64,000 bases of DNA, taken from the NCBI GenBank assembly GCA_963716395.1, contig OY970309.1:2976001-3040000 (forward strand), in the 5' to 3' direction. The notes beneath the pieces are model-generated. The model had not been told where the DNA came from. It ran no database searches and saw only the letters and a list, made by a program, of their open reading frames with translations. The translations under genes were made by a program, and so were the position numbers. The stretch comes from an uncultured Fibrobacteria bacterium. GTDB lineage: Bacteria; Fibrobacterota; Fibrobacteria; UBA11236. This document shows, in pieces, positions 38,861 to 49,947 of the stretch (positions are counted from its first letter, which is position 1; each line of letters opens with the position of its first letter).

Positions 38861-39688
38861 TCAACCCGAAATGGCGTTGTAAATCGCTTCGTCCAAGGTG
38901 AAGAACAGCTTGAGTTCCACACCGTTGGTCGAGGGTTGGTTCTGTCCCGACAAGGTGAAGTGGCTTTTCACCTCGGCGCTGAAAATGCGGTTGAAGGTGT
39001 ACAAAAATCCGGGTTGGATGGAAAACAACTGATCGGTTTGATCTACTGAAATACCCTCCACGCTTTCATTGAACCAGAAGGTGTACTCCATTCCCAGATT
39101 GAGTTCCAGATCCTGATGATGCTTGCGCATAGCCGGAATGGGGACAAAATAGCCGGGTTTGACGAAGACATCGACGAAATCCTTTTTGCTGTTGTTCTTG
39201 TCCTCGGTGGTGAAATTGTAGGAGGCATTGGCCAACAGACCGAAGTCGGCCCAGCGATGGCCGACCATGGGGCCGAAGGTGAAGGTGGCGAAATTGCCGG
39301 CGTCGAGAATGTCTTCGAAACCGATGGGCAGGGTGATGGCTGCGAATCCGCCGGCACCCGTGGCCGAGTCGGCGTATTTCAATGCAAGCACCGGGCGATC
39401 CAAGCCGGTGTGGCCGCCCGAATCCTGGAAGATGTAATTCACCTGCATGGAACCTTCGAGGCCGTCGGAGAGACCGAACTTGCCCTGCAGGGGCATGGCT
39501 AACGGGTTGTTGGAGTTTTCGACTCCGTTGTCGGACCAGTCGTCCAGATATTGCCCGTTGATGGATGAGCGGGCACCGCCTAGGTCGATCTGCATGATGC
39601 GCGTGGCGACGGGCAAATATTCATCCAAAGCCAGCGCGGGTGTCAATGCCAGACAGGTCAGGAGGAGAATTCGGATCGTGACGTTCAT
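38861..39688 (-). CDS. Putative outer-membrane beta-barrel protein
   Basis: Signal peptide (..PALA-L); alternating aromatic/hydrophobic strands throughout (e.g. LLANASYNF, LNLGMEYTF, VELKLFF). Confidence 0.65.
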   Translation of the reverse strand: MNVTIRILLLTCLALTPALALDEYLPVATRIMQIDLGGARSSINGQYLDDWSDNGVENSNNPLAMPLQGKFGLSDGLEGSMQVNYIFQDSGGHTGLDRPVLALKYADSATGAGGFAAITLPIGFEDILDAGNFATFTFGPMVGHRWADFGLLANASYNFTTEDKNNSKKDFVDVFVKPGYFVPIPAMRKHHQDLELNLGMEYTFWFNESVEGISVDQTDQLFSIQPGFLYTFNRIFSAEVKSHFTLSGQNQPSTNGVELKLFFTLDEAIYNAISG

Positions 39689-39938
39689 AGTGCGGATCTC
39701 CGTGTTCGTGTGAAACAACCCCAGGGACAACCTAATTAATCCATATTCCGCGCAAGTTTTCAATTATAATCCTGGCGTCGCAAAAAAATTGCGGCCAAAC
39801 TGGCGTGCTCCCACCTTGGATAATGGTGGAATTACAAAACGGAAAAGGGATCGACGCGCGATCGCCTTTTTTTCGGGAAGGCTTCGCATACCCGCATTTT
39901 TTCCCGAGTCAGGGCGGTATATTTTACTATGGAACGGT

Positions 39939-40436
39939 ATGAAGTTCACGCGTAAAACCGACTACGCCCTGCGGACCATGCAATATTTGGCCCGGCGTTA
40001 TTACGTGTATCGCGGAGACGGCGAAGCTTCGGTCCCCGTGGCCGTGGCGGCAATTGCCCGTGAAACCGGTTTGTCGCTGCGCTTTTTACATGGGATCGTG
40101 GCCAAGCTGGCGCGTGCCGGTTTGCTTAAAACCGTTCCCGGCCCCAAGGGGGGCGTCACCCTGGCGCGTTCGCCCGAGGCCATTTCGATTCTGGGCATCG
40201 TCGAATGCGTCGAAGGGGGCATCCAGCTCATGGATTGCTTCGTCCATCCGGAAAATTGCCGTGACACCAACCAATGCTCCATTCAAAGCGTCTTATATAC
40301 GGCCCAAGACGCCTTGCGCAGCAGCCTGCGCCAAACCAATCTCAAGCTCATGGTGCGCGCGCAAAGCGATCCTTTCCGCACCATGCCGGAAAAACATTTT
40401 CTCAAACCCCAATTCGGCTGCCCGGTCTTGAAATAG
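39939..40436 (+). CDS. Rrf2-family transcriptional regulator (three-Cys, probable Fe-S)
   Basis: TDYALR, GPKGG.TLAR, C-x6-C-x5-C; start at MKFTRK. Confidence 0.92.
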   Translation: MKFTRKTDYALRTMQYLARRYYVYRGDGEASVPVAVAAIARETGLSLRFLHGIVAKLARAGLLKTVPGPKGGVTLARSPEAISILGIVECVEGGIQLMDCFVHPENCRDTNQCSIQSVLYTAQDALRSSLRQTNLKLMVRAQSDPFRTMPEKHFLKPQFGCPVLK

Positions 40437-40560
40437 CCGGACGCCAGCCGGATCCAGGCTGCACCCAAGGCGGGAAAAGAACTAATCGACAAAGATTTTC
40501 CATTGACCCCCCCTCGGCTTTTAGGCATTTTTATTTCACTTCTTCCGGCCAAAGGTTCGC

Positions 40561-41724
40561 ATGAAATTGCAGGAATACCAGGGCAAAGCCCTGTTGCGGA
40601 AGGCGGGGTTGCCGGTTCCGCGCGGTAAGGTCATTTTCTCTGCCGCCGAAACCGCCCGCGCGCTGACGGATTCGGGTTTGGAAAAAGGTGTGGCCAAGGC
40701 CCAGGCCTTTACCGGCGGCCGCGGCAAAGCCGGCGGCATCAAGCTGTTCCAAAATGCAGTTGAAGCCGAAACCGCGGCGTCGCAGCTCATCGGCATGAAC
40801 CTGGTCACCAAGCAAACCGGCCCCGAAGGCGTGAAAATTCACGCCGTGCTGCTGGAAGAGCAAAGCCGGGTGGCCCGCGAATTGTACGTGGCCGTAACCT
40901 TGGATCGCGCCCGGGCCAACATCGTCTTCATTCTCAGCTCCGAAGGCGGCATGGATATTGAAGAGGTCGCCGAGCGGTTTCCGGAAAAAATCCTCAAGCT
41001 CTATCCCGAATGGGGGCGCGGGCCGGATCAGGTCCTGCTCACACAAGCGACGGATTTTTTGGGTTTGCACGGTGCCCAAGCCGGGGAATTCAGTGACGTC
41101 GCCCGCAAACTTTACGATCTCTACGTCGCCAAAGATTGTTCCCTGCTCGAAATCAATCCCCTGGCGGTGAACGCCGCCGGTCACTTGGTCTTGCTTGATT
41201 GCAAGGTGACCATCGACGACAGCGCCCTGTTCCGCCAAACGGATACGGGCGGCGACCCCGACGCGGAAAAGGATCCGGCCGAAATCGAGGCGGCCAAGTT
41301 CGGCCTTAGCTATATCAAACTCGACGGCAATATCGGCTGCATGGTCAACGGCGCGGGGCTGGCCATGGCCACTATGGATATCATCGCCCATTACGGCGCT
41401 CAGCCCGCGAACTTTCTCGACGTGGGCGGTTCGGCTTCGGAAGAGGCCGTGACTAAGGCCTTTGCCATCATCTGCTCCGACCCGCATGTGAAGGCCATTC
41501 TGGTCAACATCTTCGGCGGCATCATGCCGTGCGACCGCATCGCGCGCGGCATCATCAACGCCGTCAAAACCACGGGCCTCAAAGTGCCGCTGGTGGTGCG
41601 CCTCGAAGGCACGCGCGTGCAGGAAGGCAAAACCCTGATCCGGGAATCCGGTCTCAACCTTATCTCCGCCGCTGATCTCGAAGATGCGGCGCGCCAGGCC
41701 GCCCACACCGTCGCGGCCAACTAA
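40561..41724 (+). CDS. sucC: Succinyl-CoA synthetase beta subunit
   Basis: [48 protein letters not shown]. Confidence 0.97.
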   Translation: MKLQEYQGKALLRKAGLPVPRGKVIFSAAETARALTDSGLEKGVAKAQAFTGGRGKAGGIKLFQNAVEAETAASQLIGMNLVTKQTGPEGVKIHAVLLEEQSRVARELYVAVTLDRARANIVFILSSEGGMDIEEVAERFPEKILKLYPEWGRGPDQVLLTQATDFLGLHGAQAGEFSDVARKLYDLYVAKDCSLLEINPLAVNAAGHLVLLDCKVTIDDSALFRQTDTGGDPDAEKDPAEIEAAKFGLSYIKLDGNIGCMVNGAGLAMATMDIIAHYGAQPANFLDVGGSASEEAVTKAFAIICSDPHVKAILVNIFGGIMPCDRIARGIINAVKTTGLKVPLVVRLEGTRVQEGKTLIRESGLNLISAADLEDAARQAAHTVAAN

Positions 41725-41735
41725 GGAAATCCGGC

Positions 41736-42611
41736 ATGTCCATTCTCATCGGTTCCGAAACGCGGCTCCTCACCCAGGGCATCACCGGGAAGGCCGGATT
41801 GTTCCACTCGCTGCAATGCCGCGACTACGGCACCAAGGTGGTAGGCGGCGTGACTCCGAAAAAAGGCGGCACCCGCGTCGAAGGTTTTCCCGTATTCGAC
41901 ACCGTGGCCCAGGCGCGCGCCGCCACCGGCGCCAACACCACCATGATTTTCGTGCCGGCCCGGTTCGCGGCCGACGCCATTCTCGAAGCCGCCGACGCCG
42001 GCATCGAACTCATCGTGGCCATTACCGAAGGCATTCCCGTTATCGACATGCTGAAAGTGCACCACGCTCTGGAAGGCCGGAGCTGTACCTTGATCGGTCC
42101 CAATTGTCCGGGCCTGGTGACCGCGGGGGTGTGCAAGGTGGGCATTGCACCCGGTCCCATCCATAAACGGGGAAAGATCGGCATCGTGTCGCGCTCCGGC
42201 ACCTTGACCTATGAAGCCGTGCATCAAACCACCTTGCTGGGATTGGGCCAAACTACGGCCGTGGGCATCGGGGGCGATCCCGTGCACGGGTTGACCCATG
42301 TCGATGTCATTCGCATGCTCAATGACGATCCGGAAACCGAAGGCATCATTTTGATCGGAGAAATCGGCGGCAGCGACGAGGAAATCGCCGCGGCCTTTAT
42401 CCGGGAGCAGGGGCGCAAACCTGTGGTGGGATTCATCGCCGGTGCTTCGGCCCCGCCGGGAAAACGCATGGGCCATGCCGGCGCCATCGTCGACGGCCAT
42501 GCCGGTACGGCCCAATCGAAGAAGGCCGCACTGCGCGCCGCGGGCGTGACCGTAGCCGAGACCGCGGCGGAAATCGGCCACAAGATGGCCCAGGCCATGC
42601 AGGGGCGCTGA
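41736..42611 (+). CDS. sucD: Succinyl-CoA synthetase alpha subunit
   Basis: [35 protein letters not shown]. Confidence 0.97.
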   Translation: MSILIGSETRLLTQGITGKAGLFHSLQCRDYGTKVVGGVTPKKGGTRVEGFPVFDTVAQARAATGANTTMIFVPARFAADAILEAADAGIELIVAITEGIPVIDMLKVHHALEGRSCTLIGPNCPGLVTAGVCKVGIAPGPIHKRGKIGIVSRSGTLTYEAVHQTTLLGLGQTTAVGIGGDPVHGLTHVDVIRMLNDDPETEGIILIGEIGGSDEEIAAAFIREQGRKPVVGFIAGASAPPGKRMGHAGAIVDGHAGTAQSKKAALRAAGVTVAETAAEIGHKMAQAMQGR

Positions 42612-42620
42612 GGCCCGTAA

Positions 42621-43583
<963 letters not shown>

Positions 43584-43635
43584 CGCCGGAGTTTCCCGAT
43601 CCCTTGCCCGTCTGCGTCGGGCCGCGGGATATTCC

Positions 43636-44238
43636 TTACGGCACTTCGCCCGCTCCTACGCGCATCACCTCCGGTTCGCCCTCAACCAGGCGGATCACCG
43701 TGGTGGGGGTGATGGCCACCGGACCCAAATCCGCCACCACGCCGACGGCATGCCCGAACACCGCGTCGATGTCGGCGGGGTCGATGAAATTTTCGTCTTC
43801 CTGGATTTTGGCCGCGGTGGTCAGCAGCACGCAATCGGGTTTGAGGCGAAACAGGGCGTCGCCGAAGGCGCAGGCGGGCATGCGCACGCCGATTTCGGGA
43901 CGGTTGACGTCGAGGATTTTTTTTCCGCGCACCGTGGCCGGCAAAATGAAGGTGTAGGGCCCCGGTACCAGTTTTTTCATGTAGCGGTAGGTGGCGTTCT
44001 CGATGCGCGCGAATTCGGTGACCGCGCCAAAGTCGCGCACCATCAACGCCATGAGATATTTCTTCATGGCCCGCTTCAGGTGATAAAGCTTGTGCACCGC
44101 GGCTTTATTGAGCGCGTCGCAGCCCAGCGAATATCCCGAATCGGTGGGGTAGACCGCCACTTCGCCGCGCGCGAAAACTTCAATGACCTTGCGCACCAGG
44201 CGCGCTTGCGGCGTCTGGGGATGCATTTCCAAGCGCAT
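43636..44238 (-). CDS. L-threonylcarbamoyladenylate synthase family (TsaC/YciO-like)
   Basis: YPTDSGYSLGC, PGPYTFIL, IGVRMP, PTTVI; the HP.TPQ N-terminus is YciO-like. Confidence 0.88.
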   Translation of the reverse strand: MRLEMHPQTPQARLVRKVIEVFARGEVAVYPTDSGYSLGCDALNKAAVHKLYHLKRAMKKYLMALMVRDFGAVTEFARIENATYRYMKKLVPGPYTFILPATVRGKKILDVNRPEIGVRMPACAFGDALFRLKPDCVLLTTAAKIQEDENFIDPADIDAVFGHAVGVVADLGPVAITPTTVIRLVEGEPEVMRVGAGEVP

Positions 44239-44241
44239 GGA

Positions 44242-44634
44242 TCAAGTGTAATAGGCCGCGGCCTCGGGCAGAAAGGCATGCGGAATGTGCCGGATTTCGG
44301 CGCCGCCCGCCTCGCGGTCGAGATCGATGCCGATGACATCGAAGCGCATGGGCCGTTGCGCTTCGCCGTGCTGAAGGCAATAGCCCTGGGCCAGCTTTTG
44401 CAGTTGCCGTTGTTTGCGCGGCGTGACCCATTCCGCGGGGTCGCCGGCCGACGCGCTCCGGCGGGCCTTTACTTCGACGAATACCAAATCGCCCTCGGGG
44501 GCTTCGACGATCAGGTCGATTTCGCCGCGCCGGAAGCGAAAATTGCGATCGCGCAAACAGTAACCGCGCTGCGTCAGGTAACGCAACGCCAGGTCTTCTC
44601 CCCGTGTACCGGCGGCGCGGCGGGATTCACTCAT
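44242..44634 (-). CDS. yraN: YraN (UPF0102) family nuclease-like protein
   Basis: G..GEDLA..YL, RNFR...GEIDLI, FVEVKAR, RFDVI. Confidence 0.93.
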   Translation of the reverse strand: MSESRRAAGTRGEDLALRYLTQRGYCLRDRNFRFRRGEIDLIVEAPEGDLVFVEVKARRSASAGDPAEWVTPRKQRQLQKLAQGYCLQHGEAQRPMRFDVIGIDLDREAGGAEIRHIPHAFLPEAAAYYT

Positions 44635-46081
44635 AGCGCAGGCCCAGCACGCGCAATTCCCGCACCTTGGGCAAGGCGTTGCCGCGGGTCAGAAAACGCA
44701 GGGTGAGGGAATGCGCCACCCGGCCCTGCAGCAGCAGGGTTTGCGGGGCGCCGGTTCCTTCCAACGGGTAACGCAGAGGTTTCTGGCCGTCGAGGTTGAC
44801 TTCGACCGCCGTCGGAAACCCCGAAGCTTCGCCCGGCCCGGCCGGCATGCCGGTTTCGAGATACAAGGCCTGCAGCGCGCAGTCCGATCCCAAATCCAGC
44901 GTCAGGGTGCCGCTCGGCTGAGCAGGCGACCAGTAGGTTTTCCGATTTCCGTCCCAAAGATTGGCTTCCGCCAGCGGAGAGCCGGCGGCATCGACCCCGG
45001 AGAGACCCTGCGTGCGCACCGGTCGCAACCAGGTCAAAGTATCGGGCCGTTTGCGCAGGGTGAGCGTTTGCCACACCAGCAGTCCCGTGGTGACGGCCAA
45101 GAGCGCCAGGGCGCCGATCAGCAGCGGCCGCGGCGACGCGCTTTCCCCCGACCAGCGGCGTTCCCCTTCCCGTCGATCGGTGATCCGTTGTTCCGGCTCC
45201 GCCGCGGCCTTGGTTAGCAGGCCCGCGGTCGATACGTGCACTGTGTCGAGATCGTGCAGCAATTCATCGGCGCTGCGATAGCGTTCCTCTTTTTTCTTCT
45301 TCAGGCATTTGGCCACGATCAGTTCGAGCCGGGGCGGCAACCCCGAACGCACCTTGCCCAACAGCGGCGGGGTTTCATGCACCTGTTTAAAGGCCACGGC
45401 CAGGGGTGTTTCGGCGCGAAAGGGCGGTTCGCCGGTCAGCATTTCGAACAGGACCGCACCCAGCGAGTACAAGTCGCTTTGCGCATCGACCACGCCGCCT
45501 TCACATTGTTCGGGCGCCATATACTCCGGCGTACCCAGGGCCATGCCGGCCGTGGTCAGGCTGGGAGAATCCACCACCTTGGCGATGCCGAAGTCCGAGA
45601 TGTACGCTTTGTCGCCCGCCTCTACCATGATGTTGCCCGACTTGATGTCGCGGTGCACCACGTCGGCGGCGTGCGCGTATTTGAGTCCGCGGCAAATCTG
45701 CTTGGTGAGGTTGATGACGCGGCCGTAATCCAGGGGGTATTGGCTGCGCACCAGGCGGCTCAACGTCATGCCCTGGATGAATTGCATGGCGATGAATTTC
45801 TGCCCGCTCTCTTCGCCGTAATCGTAAAGCGTGACGATGTTCTGATGCTGGAGGCGCGAAATGGCGTAAGCTTCGGCGAAGAAGCGTTCGGAATAGCCTT
45901 CGCTGCGTGCCAATTGCGGCGGCAGAATTTTCAAAGCCACCGGCCGGTCCAAGCCGACGTGCACGGCTTTGTACACGTCGCCCATGCCGCCGGTGCCGAG
46001 ATGTTCGAGAATGATGTATTGGCCGAACCGTTTTTCCAGCATCCCGGCGGGGGCCCCGCCTTGAACGGCTTGGGACTCCAT
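44627..46081 (-). CDS. Membrane-anchored Hanks-type Ser/Thr protein kinase with extracellular discoidin-like domain
   Basis: GTGGMGDVY, VALK, HRDIKSGN, DFG, GTPEYMAPEQ; TM helix; NLWDGNRKTYW...LTLDLG resembles F5/8C. Confidence 0.92.
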   Translation of the reverse strand: MESQAVQGGAPAGMLEKRFGQYIILEHLGTGGMGDVYKAVHVGLDRPVALKILPPQLARSEGYSERFFAEAYAISRLQHQNIVTLYDYGEESGQKFIAMQFIQGMTLSRLVRSQYPLDYGRVINLTKQICRGLKYAHAADVVHRDIKSGNIMVEAGDKAYISDFGIAKVVDSPSLTTAGMALGTPEYMAPEQCEGGVVDAQSDLYSLGAVLFEMLTGEPPFRAETPLAVAFKQVHETPPLLGKVRSGLPPRLELIVAKCLKKKKEERYRSADELLHDLDTVHVSTAGLLTKAAAEPEQRITDRREGERRWSGESASPRPLLIGALALLAVTTGLLVWQTLTLRKRPDTLTWLRPVRTQGLSGVDAAGSPLAEANLWDGNRKTYWSPAQPSGTLTLDLGSDCALQALYLETGMPAGPGEASGFPTAVEVNLDGQKPLRYPLEGTGAPQTLLLQGRVAHSLTLRFLTRGNALPKVRELRVLGLRYE

Positions 46082-46166
46082 CAGGGGATTCGGGACGGGA
46101 AGAATTCCATATTACTTCCAAATTATAGAATACCCGCGCGGCGCGCTTCCCGCGTTTTCTACGCGG

Positions 46167-47372
46167 TTACGCTGCGGAAACGAGCGCGGCCAGCCCTTGC
46201 TCCAGGCGATCGAAGGCCATGTCGAGGTAAGACAACGGGTTGGCGAAGGAGAGGCGGAGATAGCCTTCGCGGCCGAAACCCACGCCCGGCACCACGGCCA
46301 AATCCCAAACTTCGAGCAGGTATTCCGCCAAAGCCAGGGAACCGTCGATGCGACGGCCGTCGACCATCGCGGGCAGCAGTTGTTCCACCGACACGAAGAC
46401 ATAAAAGGCGCCGGCCGGATCGACCCAGGTTACATGCGGGATACGGTGCAGGCGTTGCAAGGCGAGATCGCGCGCGTCCTGATAATGTCGCCGCGCGGCC
46501 GGCAGAATTTCGGCGCTCGCCTGCAGGCAGGCCAGACCGGCGTATTGGCTCAAGGTCGAGGGGTGATGCGCGGCATGGCTTTGCGCGGCCCGCATGGCGC
46601 GCGACCAGGCCGCGGGCGCGGCCACATAACCGAGCCGCCAGCCCGGCATGGCGAAAGCCTTGGAAAAGCCGTTCACGGTGGCGGTGCGCGCGTGCAGCTC
46701 CGGCGTCAGGGCCGCGGGGCTGTGGTGGCGCGCGCCGTCGAACAGGATGTGCTCGTAGATCTCGTCGGAGATTACGTACAGATCGCGCTCCACCACGATG
46801 CGGCCCAAGGCGGCGAGTTCCCCGGCGCTATACACGGCGCCGGTGGGGTTGCCGGGCGAATTCAGCAGCAGTAATTTTGTTCGATTCGTAACGGATTTTT
46901 CCAAATCTTCCGGCCTGAGCTTGAAACCCGCTTCGGGCCGCGTGGGCAGCGCCACGGGAAGGCCGCCCACCAGGCGCACGGCTTCGGGGTAGGTGACCCA
47001 ATACGGTTCGGGAATCAACACTTCGTCGCCGGGATTGAGTGCGGCCAGCAACGCCAGGAATATGGCCTGCTTGGCGCCCGCCGTAATCAGAATTTCGGCG
47101 GGGGAATAGTCGATGCCGTTTTCGCTGTGGAATTTCCGGCTCAAGGCCGCGCGCAATTCCGGCAGTCCGGCCATGTGGGAATAGCGCGTGCGGCCCTGTT
47201 GCGCGGCGGCGACGGCCGCGGCCACCCCGGCTTGGGGCGCGGGGAGATCGGGCTCGCCGGCGCCTAGACTCAACACGGGTTTGCCTTGGGCCAGCAACTC
47301 CTTGTACCGCGCATCCATGGCCACGGTGGGCGAGGGGGCGATGGCAAGCGCGCGCTGCGACAAGGGTTGCAT
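46167..47372 (-). CDS. aspC: PLP-dependent aminotransferase class I/II (aspartate aminotransferase type)
   Basis: GEPD, GAKQA, NSPGNPTG, SDEIYE, GFSKAFAMPGWRLGY; start at MQPLSQR. Confidence 0.9.
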   Translation of the reverse strand: MQPLSQRALAIAPSPTVAMDARYKELLAQGKPVLSLGAGEPDLPAPQAGVAAAVAAAQQGRTRYSHMAGLPELRAALSRKFHSENGIDYSPAEILITAGAKQAIFLALLAALNPGDEVLIPEPYWVTYPEAVRLVGGLPVALPTRPEAGFKLRPEDLEKSVTNRTKLLLLNSPGNPTGAVYSAGELAALGRIVVERDLYVISDEIYEHILFDGARHHSPAALTPELHARTATVNGFSKAFAMPGWRLGYVAAPAAWSRAMRAAQSHAAHHPSTLSQYAGLACLQASAEILPAARRHYQDARDLALQRLHRIPHVTWVDPAGAFYVFVSVEQLLPAMVDGRRIDGSLALAEYLLEVWDLAVVPGVGFGREGYLRLSFANPLSYLDMAFDRLEQGLAALVSAA

Positions 47373-47377
47373 GGGGT

Positions 47378-48622
47378 TTACGAGAGACCTTGCAGGCGTT
47401 CGCGGGGAGCCAAGCGTAGAAAGCGCCACAGCGGCAGCAGCGACGCGCCCACGGTGAAGGCCAGGGCCAGAATCCAAACCGGTCCGCTTTGCCACAGATG
47501 CGAAGGCATGTCCTGCGGCGAAGGCAGGTCGGAGCCCAATAAATTGCGCACCAACGGGAATAAGATTCCGTCGCCCAGTGCGCCCGCCGCGCAGGCCGCG
47601 ACGCCCAGACCCAGGCCCTGATAAAGTAAAATGTTACGCAGATCGCGTTTTTGAAAACCCAGGGCGCGCAGCAGCGCCAGTTGCCGAAACTGGGCTTCGA
47701 AGCGGCCGGCCAGGAGTCCGGCCGTGGACACGGCGCCCAGGACGAGAAGCAAACCCAGAACCACCGCTCCCATGGCCCGGCCGGTGCCGGTGAGGTTTTG
47801 TAGGCGGCGATAGGCCTGCGCCACCGGCGTGACCTGCGCCACGGTGCGCTGGTTGATGAGGCTTTGCAACGCGGTCAAACCATGCGGCTGCAAATACACG
47901 ATCATGTAGTGCAACACGAAACGCCCCCACGGCGTTTGTCCGTCGGGCAGGGCATGTTCGAACATGCGGTAGCCCTGGGTCACTTCGGTGAACAAAGCCC
48001 GGTCCCACACATTGCCCATGGACTGGAGAATGCCGGAGACGCGGAAGGAATAGGGCAGAATGGAAATGCCGCCCGGTCCGTCGGCGGTCCAGGGAAAAAC
48101 CAGCAGCGAGTCGCCCACGCGCAAATGTTCGCGGCGTGCCACCTGCGCGCCCAACACCACGGCGGCCGAAGCCGGATCCCAGGCGCCTTGGGCCAGCCGC
48201 ACCGCGGGGCCGGGCGCGGGTTGCTGCAGAAAGGCCTGCGTGGTGCCGATGACGCGATAGCGTTTGTACTTGCCGCAATACAGAATGGGCACGGCCAGGC
48301 GTAGAAAACGGGTGTTGACTTCCTGATCGCTGAAGCCGATTTTTTCCTGATTGATGAGGGATTGATACAGGCGCAGCGGAATGAAATCGGGATACGGTCC
48401 TTCGAGGTTGAGGCATCCCAGTAACATCTCGGTTTCTCCGGCTTTGCCGCCGACCAGAGCGTCGCCGGCCAGGGCCATGCGCCCGAAGCGGCCCTGCGCC
48501 ACGCGCCCCAACCGAAACAAAAGGCCCGCGCCGGCAACCATGAGGGTCAGCGTGCCCCACAGCAGCACGGTGGCGGTTTTGCGGCGCGCCAATTCCAGCC
48601 AGGCCAGGCGCCACAGGGTCAT
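47378..48622 (-). CDS. ABC transporter permease (FtsX/MacB-like)
   Basis: N-terminal TM, large periplasmic domain, ALLRALGF motif, three C-terminal TMs; ATGA overlap with the ATPase. Confidence 0.88.
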   Translation of the reverse strand: MTLWRLAWLELARRKTATVLLWGTLTLMVAGAGLLFRLGRVAQGRFGRMALAGDALVGGKAGETEMLLGCLNLEGPYPDFIPLRLYQSLINQEKIGFSDQEVNTRFLRLAVPILYCGKYKRYRVIGTTQAFLQQPAPGPAVRLAQGAWDPASAAVVLGAQVARREHLRVGDSLLVFPWTADGPGGISILPYSFRVSGILQSMGNVWDRALFTEVTQGYRMFEHALPDGQTPWGRFVLHYMIVYLQPHGLTALQSLINQRTVAQVTPVAQAYRRLQNLTGTGRAMGAVVLGLLLVLGAVSTAGLLAGRFEAQFRQLALLRALGFQKRDLRNILLYQGLGLGVAACAAGALGDGILFPLVRNLLGSDLPSPQDMPSHLWQSGPVWILALAFTVGASLLPLWRFLRLAPRERLQGLS

Positions 48623-49254
48623 GCGGTCACCAAATCGGCGAAATCCCACACGGTCTCGAAAAATCCGCGGATACGTTGATCGTGGCTGACCACCACCAGA
48701 GTTTTACCGAGGGCGGCTTTGACCAGCGCGGCCATCACGGCTTCGGCATTGGCCTGATCCAGACTGGAGGTGGGCTCGTCGGCGAGAATGACTTCGGGTT
48801 GCGCGGCCAACACGCGCGCCACGGCCGTGCGCTGCTGCTCGCCCGGACTCAAGGTAGCGGCGATTTGATCGGCTTGACGATCCAACCCCAATGCCATCAA
48901 GGCTTCGTCGGCGCGCGCGCGCGGGGCCGGGGGAGTCAAGCCCAGCAGCACGTTTTCCCGGGCCGTGAGATGATCGATCAGATTCAGCCTTTGAAACACG
49001 ATGCCGAAGCGGTGGTGCCGCAGGCGGCAGATTTCTTCTTCGCCTCCTCCGTCTTGTAGCGGAACAAAGGTCACGCTCCCGCGCTCGGGCCGGAACTGCC
49101 CGGCCAAAAGGTGCAGCAAGGTGGTTTTGCCGCGGCCGCTGGGGCCGTGAATCAATATGCGTGCTCCCGCAGGAATGGTAAGCGAAGCGATGGAAAAGAG
49201 CGGCGTGTTCCGGCCGGGCACGCGCACTTCGATGTGAGAAAGGGTAATGTCCAT
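48619..49254 (-). CDS. ABC transporter ATP-binding protein (LolD/MacB-like)
   Basis: GPSGRGKTT, LSPGEQQR, ILADEPTSSLD, VSHD. Confidence 0.93.
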   Translation of the reverse strand: MDITLSHIEVRVPGRNTPLFSIASLTIPAGARILIHGPSGRGKTTLLHLLAGQFRPERGSVTFVPLQDGGGEEEICRLRHHRFGIVFQRLNLIDHLTARENVLLGLTPPAPRARADEALMALGLDRQADQIAATLSPGEQQRTAVARVLAAQPEVILADEPTSSLDQANAEAVMAALVKAALGKTLVVVSHDQRIRGFFETVWDFADLVTA

Positions 49255-49287
49255 GGGTTCGGCATCCGGGCCGCGGAAGCCAAAGTA

Positions 49288-49947
49288 TTAATGCAGCGAC
49301 ACAATACGGCCCAGCACATTGCGCAGATCGGCGATTTCATAGCGGGCCTTCGGACCGCGCGCCGATACGAAAACCGATCGAGGCCGCCACAGGGCCACGG
49401 GAGAAGGCTGCACATTGAGCGTGGCCCCGCTTCCGCCGGCAAGGCTGTCGAGTTGCTGCCGCCAATCGAGCAGTTGGATGGCCGAGAGCGTGAAATGCGC
49501 CGCGCCGGCCGCCTTGGGTTGAAATTCGATCAGCGCCAGCAGGCCGCCGCCATTCGGCGCCTGCGCCGAATCCGCCTGGGTCAAGGTGTTGGCGATGGAG
49601 ATCTGGGTGGAGTCATGGCGCGCGATTTGTCCCACGAATCCGGCCGTAGCGCCGCCTGGGCCGGTAAGAAAATTCACCCAACCCGCCGGAATCGAATCGG
49701 GCCGTGCCTGCACAAAGACCAGGCGGGCCGTGTCATACCCGAGGTTGAAACCGTAGCCGGCCAGACCTTGGGCGGAATCGATGCGCACCACAATCCAAAC
49801 CGCGCTGTCGACCGCAGCGGTTCCGGTAGAATCTACCGCAATTGTGGCCGGAGCCAAATCCACCGCCAGCACGGCGCCGGCGTTGGGTCCGGCCAGCGCG
49901 GCGGAGGCGCACAACGTCAGCAAGCAACTGATAGGTTTCGGTATCAT
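49288..49947 (-). CDS. Secreted cohesin-domain protein with short C-terminal tail
   Basis: True start MIPKPISCLL at 49947 (ATGA overlap with the protease stop); signal peptide ..ALA-G; cohesin-like V.V.I....GLAGYGFNLGYD..RL...G.GLLALIEF....G....L; tail RNVLGRIV. Confidence 0.72.
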   Translation of the reverse strand: MIPKPISCLLTLCASAALAGPNAGAVLAVDLAPATIAVDSTGTAAVDSAVWIVVRIDSAQGLAGYGFNLGYDTARLVFVQARPDSIPAGWVNFLTGPGGATAGFVGQIARHDSTQISIANTLTQADSAQAPNGGGLLALIEFQPKAAGAAHFTLSAIQLLDWRQQLDSLAGGSGATLNVQPSPVALWRPRSVFVSARGPKARYEIADLRNVLGRIVSLH

